Shown: positions 13,501 to 25,500 of the stretch, one piece after another | How positions within the stretch are numbered: the first letter of the stretch is position 1 | Layout of the letters: every line of letters starts with the position of its first letter | Origin: Tubiluchus corallicola | Lineage: Eukaryota; Animalia; Priapulida | Length of the DNA: 64,000 nt | Assembly: GCA_030141605.1 (NCBI GenBank) | Contig: JAQGDQ010000335.1 | Coordinates: 194,485-258,484, forward strand | Direction: 5' to 3' | Made by a program: the position numbers and the translations under genes | The notes under the pieces: generated by a model | What the model was told of the DNA's origin: nothing | The model's database searches: none | Seen by the model: only the letters and a program-made list of their open reading frames with translations

Positions 13501-16500
13501 TGCTTTCTGTACGTTATCAACAATCGCGATGTGGTCCCATGGTGTTCTGTTTGTAAGATGCTTGGCAAATGTGCAAGAGAGAACCATGATTGAGTGACGT
13601 CCGAGACACGAAATTGTATTGCAGTAACAAGCAAAGCTTCTACATACAGTATGCTGATAGTATTTAAATAAATTCGAATTAATTTTACACAGAAGATGAT
13701 TAACGCCAAGCACAGATGTCATAAAAAACAAAACTTTCGGGAAAAATGTAGTTTCATCAAATCATGCTTCTTTGGAAGTTATATAGGCCGACTAACAGAT
13801 ACAGTGACTAAGTAGAGCTATTTTAATAAACCACATTTATATAAAGATTATTTATAGTTTAACAAAATTAGCGCCAATTCTTGTGCTGCAGCAGTAAATG
13901 TGGTGAGCCAGCTAAAGTCAGTTTTATTTGAAAAAAGTATCACTTGATTTTGAAAAAAATTAAAGTAAACTGGCAATTAGTCAGACAGACTAACAATCAA
14001 TCATCTTACCTGCTCGGCGAGTATAACATTTTAAGTGTGTGATAATTTCAAATAAGTTCCTCTCTACCACCCTGCTGGCATTCTCTAGTCTTTCTGCATA
14101 TAGCCGTATCTTCTCCTTGTGATTTTGTCCGAAGAAACCAGGACGATAGGTGGACAAAATGACGCAATCATCGCCACTGTTGCTCATAATGAAAGACTGC
14201 TTTTTCTAGTTCCTGTGAAATCACAGTTGGCGCAGATTTGCAAAAGTTAATTTTCAACACAAAGATTTAGTTCCTGTGAAATCACAGTTGACGCAGATTT
14301 GCAAAAGTTAATTTTCAACACAAAGATTGCATTGAAATTATTAGTAATGTCACCAAGACGTCCTACATTAGGCTCAGCTACACATAAACTCAAGGGCGCA
14401 GAGCGACTAATCGAGGCGGAAATAAAAGTTAAAAATCATTGAAAACTAATCAAAACGCTTCTGATCTAGAATTAATTACCGATTACCATCTATTTAGAAC
14501 TACAATAATGACGAAATCGTTCATCAATCACGTAAATTCGTCAATCAAGTTTTTTGCACAATTAATCGCGTTTTAATGAGTTCACGAGTCCGCGAAACAG
14601 GTATAAGATTGCTAGCAAACCAAGTTGCTTTGTGATGTATATGGGCTTAACTAATCTTTACCTGCAGGTATTTACCAGGTATATAATGTAAGCATGCTTG
14701 GATAAGCAAAGTGATCTAGATTAAACCTATATATGTATTTTGTTTTGCGTACAATGGTACCGAACAACAGCTCTTCCAAAACACACTCATGTACACAAGG
14801 TACTTTTCTGCTTCTGACAAGAATTTACAACAATTTTTACATGCAGTTTGATAGCATAACAAATCATCTAATGCTATTAAAATCTCTCGAGACAACAGAG
14901 TGGTTTACATGAGATACCATTTGTTATCTTAGTCTTGCATAGGATGTAAAATCATCAATAACAGGGCCCTAGTGCAGTTCACAAATCAGATTGTATGAGC
15001 GACGGATATCTCTAGAGAGTAGAGAAATATAAAAATAAACTCAAAAAGCAATAAACTTCCAGAGAGTTAGTAATGAACTGGAAAGAGTAACGTTGTGAGA
15101 AACCAACATACGCACCCAGTGCGGAAAAAACCAACGATCGGCAGAATTAGGAAAGAATTAACGCCGGGCTCATAGCGTAAACACTCGGTAAAGAAAAGCA
15201 AGGGAATGCGCTGTGGCGGAAAATAAACAGCGTGTGAATATTTTAAGAACAAACACGAACTCGAGAGTCATTAAATTCGAGTTATATTAAACAGTGTTAA
15301 GTAATGAAGAAAAAACATAACACTGAGGAATTTACTATTGGCTTGAGAAGTGCTTGAACGCATGCAGGGTGTAAATATTGTCACGAGATCGGTTACTAAG
15401 ATCACAAAAAGAAGCGGCGAAAAATCACTTTTAAATACTCCTTACTTTTATAAGTAAGTAATTATGCACTTAGCCACAATTCAAAAAGATTAGACAGTGA
15501 ATCTCCAACCTACTAATTGTACATAATAGTATTTAAATACCAGCAGTTTTCGATCCAGCTTGTCCACACATTAGATTGTAGGCCAAATGCTATCTGACTA
15601 GACTGGATTTAATCTATACTTGCAGGCCCACCGAGATCTAATGGTAATGAGAATTATAACAACTCCATTACTTATTTATTAAGCAATCACAAATATCCTG
15701 ACAAGATTTACAGTAATACCGGTGGCAAAAGTCCACGTCTTGATGCCTTTAAACCTTACTATGTATTTGCAGGTAAGTCGTCTACTCGTGTTTGGAGTAA
15801 AGCACATTCTGCAGCCAAAACCTACCAAACGTTTTCTCGTTTTAAAACTTGAGTAGCTTGAAAGAACTTTCACGGTAGTAGTTATCCACACGTTTAATTT
15901 CAAAATTATTAATTAGTTATGAAGCAGTCAGGTCCATGACCACTGGTTCACACAGCCCCTTGTGATCTCAGAAGTCTCATATTAATCCTAGTAGCCCATC
16001 AACTAAAAATAACTAATTGTTATATTTCTAACATTATACGCACTAATTAGTAGAACAACTAATGTAGAGGAATTATCAACCAATCAATCAACAAATTAAA
16101 ATTTCTTTTCTGCTACATTGTAGTTTGAAACCTAAGTCTAAAACAACCAAAGGGAGGTACAGGCGTTATTTGTAATTCTAATGTCAACACCATCAACTAA
16201 GGATCGACTAAACATCGACTTTTACCGAAAAGAAATGTAAAAGCCAGGAATGAATCTAAATTTGAATTAGGGACCTTGGATTGCATTTACGCTTAAAAGC
16301 TGAAACATATCTAGGTCAGTGAAAGAAATTGATTAAGGTTAAAATGATATTACATAAAAGCGCCATTATTCTTGGTGTTTGCAGAACAGTTGCAGGTGTC
16401 AAGTCACCTTCAACATGACCAGCACCTTTCATGACACTTTACGCGTATTTTAAACTAAGTAACAAGTTGCAGAACTCCTGATTAATGAAAACTACTAGCC

Positions 16501-19500
16501 AACTTGGTTTAGAAAATTTAACCTCAGACTTCACCTGCGACAGCCCGCAGGGATACTGCAGGCAATCAAAGCTCGGTAATACATTGTCAGCAGAACAGGC
16601 TAGTTCAGCCTTGTAGGACGCAATGCTTACTGAAGTTGTTTTACCTACATTCACTGCGCTCTTAACAAACTTGTAATAAATGTATAATATAAAGAGAACT
16701 TCCAACGCACTATCTTATTTTTATTCGTTACTACAACGGTTTTTAATTGCTGCAAAATACCGTATGAGAAATTAGCCAACCTTAGTACTCAGCAGGCTGC
16801 ACAGTACTCCAAATCACAACTACGGGAAAATTTGCTAACTAACCAATTAACCAAAAATGCGTATTGTTAAGCCTGTCTTGATTAAGGCTTAGCTAATCAT
16901 GGTAAATTACACCGAACCACTTTCACCAATAGTAATTGTCTTGATCCAGTTTTACTTTTTATGTGCCATAGGGGGCAAAAATCATTCCCAAGTCCAAAAT
17001 GAGGCTTAGGGGTGAACAAAAGAATTTTGTCGAAAAAACGGAATTTAGTGAAACGTGTTAGCAATCAAGAGAAACAGGCAAAATAAGGCAAACCTTGACA
17101 CCATTACAGCCACGAAAAATTATACTCCTAATATGCAATATTCTGAACCAACACGAAAACAGCACAAGACAAAACATTGGTTAACTGCGGAAACTGAGCA
17201 CACAGTGTTTAAAAGTCGTAGCTTTTACTATTTCAATAATATTTTTAGTAGAAGCGATGTAGACGTTATTAGAGCGTAGTATACAGAGCTACGGAATTAC
17301 AAGGTGATACAAGCTAAAACCTCTAGAAATTTCTGTTGTTTCATACGGGCAAGCGTACGCAAGAGCTGATTACGTAATTACATGCCAAATCAAATGCCTT
17401 TTTCTCAGGCTGACACATAAATTACGGAATTACGGATATAATTAGTTTATTACTAATTTAACCACTAATTACTTATCGCATTATCTTATTACTAATGTGG
17501 TGGTGAATGGTGACGATAATTCACCCAACTATTTACTAGCCAGGCACAACGTTCATAGCCAAAAACGTGCATCGTGGCCACTCACCCTTTCCCTAGTCCT
17601 TCGATTGTCGTGATAAAAACGATGGCGACAGTTGTTATAATAATGACAAGATGACAATGCTGATACTGAAGAAAGCAATTATGACAATAAATGGTAACAC
17701 TTGATAATAAACAAAGACACAAGGAATTTCATATCAGCTAAGAAAAGAAATGAAAATTCTAGAATCCTGAAAGATACAAAGATTCAATACGATAGACACA
17801 ACGTATTTTTTGGCAGGAGGGCAGTGTTAATAGAATACTTGTGAGCTACTTCTATTTCACTGTATATCCTGTGCTTGAGAACAGCAAATCACACAGCATC
17901 TTCAGCACGATGAGATCTTGCAACGTTAAACCGTCTCAGTCTCGAGGGACAAACAATAAAAACGAGAAAAACATTTTTACCATATGTGTAACTTGCATAA
18001 TGAAAGAGAATGAGGCGCGTCACGCTCTTCATCATCATCAAGAAGTGGCTATTACGCAATTTCCTTTTGCGTACGTCCATCGAAAAATGTATCCATCGAA
18101 GCCGTAGTACATTACTGAAATGCTGACCATAGTTTTTTCGAGTATTAATAATATAGCTTTTGTTACAGGCTTGACTATGTAGTTGGCAGAGACTAAGCAA
18201 AAGAAGTGAAAAAAGACCTAGAAAACTAATCATTTGGTTGTTAGGATGAAAATTTACGGTATGCTAGCTTACTACGTTACGTTGCTGATGCTTAACAACT
18301 CTATATAAAAGTTGCAAATCGTTTACAGGAGATGACATTAACGCACCATTTAGAGGAGATGACATTACGCTGACAGCTATGTCCTCATACCGCTCAAAAC
18401 CCATTTAAGCTTTCTATACAACGAAAATTAATGCAGCAAAAATGCAAACTGAATACTGTTCTCTGCAGCCGCGCAAATCTTCCAAAAGACTAATTAAATT
18501 AAAAGTGAAAATCACTTCTAAGAAGTGACAAATACGACTTAAATAAATTCACTATAATCATTACACTTACCGAATTCATGACGGTGATAACCACCCAGTT
18601 TTCCTCTTGACAGTCTTGGCACCCTCTTTACTGGCTTAGATTCAAGCAAAGTTGATTTATGTAAATATTCCGTGTTCGACTCATGACTGCTTTCTGGGCT
18701 GTCTTCAACTGGTTTACGAACAGATTTTGTCAATGGATGGACATCTCTTTTTACAGCATTCTCTGGCGTTTTTTCTTTGTCTAATTCTACACCATGACTA
18801 GTTTTAGTATTGTATACTTCAGTTTTCTGGCTATGATACTTACTGTGCCTCTGTCTCATGTGGGGCAGTCTAGAGGACTTTTCATGAATGGGCTGGTTTG
18901 ACGGGACCTTGCTTGCATCAACTACATTTCTTAATTTAGATGCATCACCTATCTTCAATAGTTCACCAGTATCACAAATGGCAGGAACAACAGCTTTTTC
19001 GCTACCAGGTTTTGTTTCAGGCAGTCCAACGGCAACATTGTCTTTAACATTGCTATCCCCTTCTGCACCACTTGTCTTGAAGGTCTGTTCTGTTTGCTTT
19101 TGTTTTACATCAATCACATAGTTCACATAGCTTTCTTCTAAGGCACTTGTATCTTGATTTGCAGTCAAAGGCTTTTTATTTAGTGGAGGGATGTTGGTAG
19201 ATGTTGGACCTTTAGTTTCAGAATTACTTTTATAAGCACAATCACTTTCAATCTTGGCATTTGAGGATACAGCAGAACTTTCTTGTTGAATGGTAACTGG
19301 TGTCACATTCTTATAAGATTCTAACTCAGACGTAACCTTCACTGGTTTTACTTGCAGAACAACAGAATCATGATAAGATGAACCTTCAGTTATGTTTGAA
19401 TTATTTTTATGGGAAAATGAGTTTAAATCAAAGTCCTTCACTTGTTCAGATTTCGTTTTCAGCGGTTTAACATTTAGCTGTTCTCTTTCACTTTTTTGTG

Positions 19501-22500
19501 ACTTTGGATCAAGTTCATCAATATTAGTTTCCGTAAAACTGGGTTTCACTTCAGTTGAACTAATACCTGGTGCCATGGAATTTCGTTTCACGAAGGTGAT
19601 TTCAATAACTCTTTGTTGTCCAGTTTTCAGTTTGCTGTCAGGAATTTCAGCAATGCTGTTTCGTTGTCGTGATGTTTGGTCTTTGGATCGAGATGGTATT
19701 TTTGAAGACTTTGTTTCTTCCAAAGCCAAAGGATTGCGTATTGCTCCTAAATTAGCACTAGGCTTCTGCTCAAGAGAAATGACACGGTCACATGGATTTG
19801 ACTGTTTCCACTGTTTAGGATGAAGTAACTTTGTTTGTTTTTTGGTCTTGACTTTAAGAACATCTGGGACACTATTAACTTTGTCTGCAGCATTTTCAGC
19901 TTTAACCTTACGTTTTGAACAGTCACTATCCTCTTTGATAGCTGTCATTTTTAAGTTTTGCTTTTCAAGTTTAATAGGTGACCTTAATTTAGATACATTC
20001 CTTTTCTGTGGAGCACTTGTTACAGCAGCAGTGCTGCCATCTTCAGTAAGTATTTTTGAGTATCTTTTACATTCGACGTTAGCTGCTACTTCAGTAAGTT
20101 CTTTTGATGGAAGCTTGCTCACTTCATGCGATATCATCAAACTATTCCGTTCTGAATCATTTTCAGGCATCACCAACTCATCTGCAAATGAAATTTTAGA
20201 AGCACACCTTTCATTTGATTGAAATGGAATGCTTTCAGATGGCAGAACTTGACTATTCCTATATGTTTCTGGACGCACTACATCTGCTCCTGTGCTCATA
20301 CGGAGGTCTGAATTACGTTTCAGCATTCTGAAGTTCCGTCTTCTCATTTTTACCTGCTTCATGTCATTATCGACTGCTATCATCTTTAATTCATTATTTG
20401 GCACATTTGGTTCATAGTAGTGATCAGAAGGTTTTGTCTTTGTGTTGGGATCTGCATGTTTAGACAAATAACTGGATTTTTTTCCATCTTCTAGTTCATT
20501 CTGATAAATTAGATTCCTACACTGGTACACATCGAATGTGTGCCTTTTCTTGTCGGCCATCTGAGAGCCACACTCACTTCTTATAATGTCCAAGCTGCGA
20601 GACTTTTCATTAACTTGCGTCATTCCATTCAAATCCACATCGTCACCATGTTCTGAGTCCAGTGAATTATGGATGACCCTATAATGTCTACTGCTCTGAT
20701 TTCCCATGATCCAAACAATGCACCATGGACACTGTCTGTATAGTTAAACCATCCTTACATGCAAACAGAAATAGTAGAATCAGACTTGAGCATATCGTTC
20801 AATGCATCAGATATATGATCTTTAAGTAAATCACCATCAAAGTTAACTTAATACGTTAACCTTAAAAGGTATTTTACCGCTGTACAATTTCAGCCGACTG
20901 TTCTTGGTTATAACCTTACAAGGCCGCAACAGTCATTAAATCCCTGGCGGCAATCAACGCAGTCTACAATCAGTCTTCAGGTAACAACCTCTTTGCGCTT
21001 TCGGTCTGACGCACACAGACAGTCACAAATCATATCTCATACTCCTATAACCAAGGAAGGAAAGTCATAAATTTGCTACAGATAGTACTAAAGCTCTGTA
21101 AGAATGCACGCATCCAAAAATACGACTCACGTTAACCTCGGCGGTTTACGTTATGGCCAACAAAATCGCACAGCAATCCAACGACAATCCATCAGTTTTT
21201 GACCTATTGCATGACGATTTAGGAAAATCAACATAGGCACATTTAAGCGAACAAAGACACCGGTTGCCGATTAGCGAGGCTTGCCAAAATCAACTCGAAA
21301 ACTCTAAAACCAGCAGGAAAGTCTTACTGCTCAAAAAACTGTACTAACTTCGCACAAACAGAAGACTGGAGGGCGAGTCATGTGACACATCAAACAATAG
21401 ACAGCTGTCGTATTAGCTGAGGACTCAACAATAAAACGAGGAAGTTTCTTTCTGAACTTGTTAACGTCGTGAGATTTTTTCTAAAGCTAAAACAAGTTTC
21501 CCCTCGTTGAAACGGTGGCGAGGCACGAAGAGAGGGCAAAACTGGTTGCTTACACCACAGAAAATTGGTTAGTAAACAATTAGACACATAAACCGCGGAG
21601 CAACAGTTTACACTCTCCTCCGAGAAAAATGACTTACGAACCTGCCAGAGTTTAATAACTGAAATAATTGCACGTAGCACATTCAAGCTAAAATCAACGG
21701 TGGTAACGGTAGCAGTTATCAAAAGCAAAAGAAAACACATACGACCAATCTCGGTAACGCCTGTTAACTTTAACTTTGTACGAATGCAAATCGGGTTAAC
21801 TTTGCTTGCGTGTAGTAAACAAACGCTGCACAAGATCTTAGTTGCGAGCAATGAAAAAACTCATGCCACATCGTAAAATGCTTCACTGTTCATCGATGAA
21901 ATACTATATATATATATCTATAGTATTTCATACATGTATATATATATACAAATTCCGCTATCAAAACTACTTAAAGAATGGCCATGAACTAACAATTAAG
22001 CACCTATTGCACCACTATGCAGCAAACAAGCACTACAGTCACCCAGCTACTGGACTTCTCTCGGCTGAATCATCAATTACAGGCGAAGCCCGCAGCGCTA
22101 TGGGCTGAAGCTGATGAAGAGTGAGATATGGACCATGCTATGTACGCGTCATAAGGGGTGAAAAGCGGCCAATTGTGGGCAAACAAATTAACAACCAAAG
22201 GACAGCCTAAAGCAGCTTGCTATCTTCTGAACTTACTTAATAAAATAAGAAACTAGGAGAAATTCATAGTATTTTTATGGTGCATGAACTCTGCACGCTG
22301 ATAAAGTTTATGAAGTCTCTTGCTATTTTTGAGCCCACTTTGATCTCCTAATTATATCAAAACGGTTTACGGTTTACAAAACTATGTGCAATTACGTATA
22401 TTTAAAAAAAGTTCAAGCATTGAAATGACTAAAAATGGCACTAGATTGAGAAGTGATTGTTAGTTAGACGATAAGACCTGAGGAATTTAGCAGCAACTTG

Positions 22501-25500
22501 AGAAGGTGATCAATAATTAACAAGTCATGCGCTAATTTAATATTAGGCTCTTCACCTTAAGTTTGATATGATTATGAAAGATGTAATTACTGAGGTCAGC
22601 TCAGGAAGAAATTATGAAAAGTAGTTACCTCAGCTCTGTTACGTCAGTTTTTTTTGTAACTTGTACTGCAATTGTCAGAGTACAATTTGACACTGCAGTG
22701 AAAAACTGAGAGCAGAAGAGGCTCTTAGAGTCACAGCAGAACATAATACAACAGGACATAGTAGAGTGGAAGGAAGTCGAGTGAAGTCCTTTTTAACTGA
22801 GGTGTAGTCGAGCGGGACAAAACATAAAGAAAAAAGAGGAGGAGAAGGAAACAGGGTGAAGAGAAGAGAAACGCCGAAGTGGCAAAGAGACTAATTCAAA
22901 AACTTTTAACACCAGTTAGCAATCACCACTTCGTTGAATTCGGTTAATAAGCCCAGAGAACTAAGTAATACAGAGTACGGCAACGAAGAGACAAAACATA
23001 AAAGAGCAGAGTGTTGCACAGAAACACAGTAGAAGAGTGGATGAAATGAAGTGGACGGACTGGAGTGAAAGACACTGATGGACTGACTGGAAAGAAGAGG
23101 CACAGCGTAAAGTAAGGAGGTAAGATAATAATCGGGAAGAAAAGCGAAGAACAAAGAGAAAAAATGGAGAGGCGATAGCAGGACAGGACAAGAGGGAAGA
23201 GCTTGGGAAAAGGGAAAGGAGGAGGGGAGAAAAAAGACAAGGCCGGGCAGAACAGGACAGAGAAGAGAGATGGGAAGAAAACAGAAAGGAGGGCAAAGGG
23301 TGGGAGAAGAAAGGGGATGAGAAAGTGGAGGAGGTAATCAGGGCACAGCAATGCAAACTATAAAACAGACAGCAGAGCAGGAGTAGACTGCCGAAACGAG
23401 AAGAATGTAATACGAAGAGTAGAGTAAATGGACACTGAAAAACAACACAACATAGTACAGCACCCGACAGTTAGCATAACGTAGTAGATTCCTATACCAC
23501 CCCGTCCCTATCCCAAATGGATGCATTTAGAAGCCAGTCTTGGAGAAGCCAAATGTTGGAGGTGGTAAAACGTGATTTTCCCAGCATGCCGATGGCGAGT
23601 GCAAATCTCATTTATATGTACGGCAGATGCGAGTAATTTACCCCCAACATATGGAGGAATTCATTGGGGCCTGATGGCATTTGCCAGCGGTCTTCCGGCG
23701 TCTGTCACGTCTCAAGTATGTAGAAAATGCAGCGCCACATATCGCGAAGTCCTTAAACTGGCACATAAAAAATTACAAGACATAACTGGTGCCAAAATAG
23801 TATGCAATAAATAAGCTCATTTTAGCTAAAGTGACTTTGGAAAGAGATAAAACGAGACGGAAGACAGACACTATTTCACCTAACTCAAACCTCAAAGGAA
23901 AAGAATGATCTGAATTTGTACTCTATCACGTCTGTGACTTTGCCGCCAAATTCCAGAAATATTCTGATGACGAAAATCATCTAATGAACACAATTTGTTT
24001 ACTCACTGTACAGACATCACTAAAGTACCATCTCTGACACACCAGCGCTCAAATTTTCCATTGTCCCTACAGGACTTAAAAATCACAAAGCAACATCACC
24101 TAAAGCTTCTGAACCCAAACCAAAATGTAAAAAAATTAATTTCATCCCTTCACAGCAATTTTCTTGGAGGATAAAGGTTTCTGAGTGAAAAATATGTTAA
24201 AGAGACATTCTAATTTTGACTTTCTATAAATCTATAAAAAACCTTCTATAAAGATTCACACGCAGAATATTGTAAGAAAGTCAGCTAGACTGCTGACTTT
24301 CAAGTTGACATGAAATGCAGACTATCCTACCCCAAATGTAAAACCAACTCCACTGACTCAAGTGTCAGTTCAGCTCTTGAAAATATAGACTGCCGACAGA
24401 AGCTGAGATAGAATTACAATTTAACAACAAGGTAGGAGTCTAAAATAACTTGCTCCCGATTCAATGTGTCAACAAGTGAGTGGGTTAAAGTCGCACAGAC
24501 GAACAGCCTGGAGAGGGTTTCCAGCAGCAAAAGATTTGCCAAAGTTAAGTAACTATCCCAAGAAGTGTAAGGATTGGCCTGTTTTTGCATCACAGTTTGA
24601 CACAACGCACAACAAGACGCCAGCGTAACATCAGAATGTAACAGACAAAATGTGGTACTGTACCCAAAATGCAGAGCAGAAAAAATCCTATCTGGAGGCA
24701 GAAATTACTATTAAAACGATTATTAAAAAAATAAATTAACAATTAAATGATAATCAAAAGTGAACGATTATATCCTACGTGTCAGCACGGCAATTCAGGC
24801 TTCAAGCTTATTCATCGCCAACTTTATTTTGTCAATGATTTGAACCAAATTGTTCTCAACCATTTTGCTGCGACTTTAAATCCTAATAGCAAGCAATGAC
24901 ATTTACTGATTTGGCAATAAAATAATCTGTTATCGTCTTAATTCACCTTCTGTTGTTTCGTGATGGTTGTGCTATGAGATTCTAGCAAGCTACACAATCA
25001 TTCTATTTTTTTATATGGGAAGAATATATTAATTGAGTTAAACACGTGTGCTGCTGTTTACACAGATTGAAAATTCCCTTAGACAAAGTATACGGCTCAT
25101 TTTCCCTCTCCCAAGCTTTCATATCAGCCCAGAGGCAAGAGGAGAAGCCACACACTAAAACATCAACAAACACAAACATCCCCCCAGCTGCAGCCCAAAT
25201 CATAGATGTCCGCCGCTGTTGTCACGGTAACCAGCAGCAGAAGTGCGTGTTGTTACACAGAAGTGTTTAAGTAAATAAATCGCTCGATGGTATGTAAATA
25301 AACAACAACATGTCCACTGGAGCATTGCAGATGATATTAAAAGCCACAGTAATATTGATAAACAACCGGTAAAGTGCTGAATTCATTTGATCTTGTCATC
25401 TGTCATTTTCGAGAAAGCTTAATCACCAGCAATTTATACAGTCAATAAACTCGATAAATAATTACATACATTTCTATTTCCAGGAATATAGAAATGCTCT

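Noticed and set aside
14207-14328. CRISPR-like interpretation of this and other short direct repeats
   Set aside because: Only two adjacent copies, no spacers, no cas genes, and a eukaryotic context.
18888-20222. Plus-strand ORFs of 77-143 aa (similar ones at 32257-35778)
   Set aside because: Antisense shadows of long minus-strand coding exons.
21390-21851. 153-aa minus-strand ORF
   Set aside because: Non-ATG start, no recognisable domain, intron-like composition; more likely promoter or UTR sequence.
22250-22300. Helitron-like 3' end (small hairpin plus CTAG on the minus strand)
   Set aside because: The stem is only 5 bp and no matching 5' end or second copy was seen.
22906-23356. Three overlapping F/L/S/P-rich ORFs
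   Set aside because: They arise from a stop-poor pyrimidine strand of low-complexity DNA.
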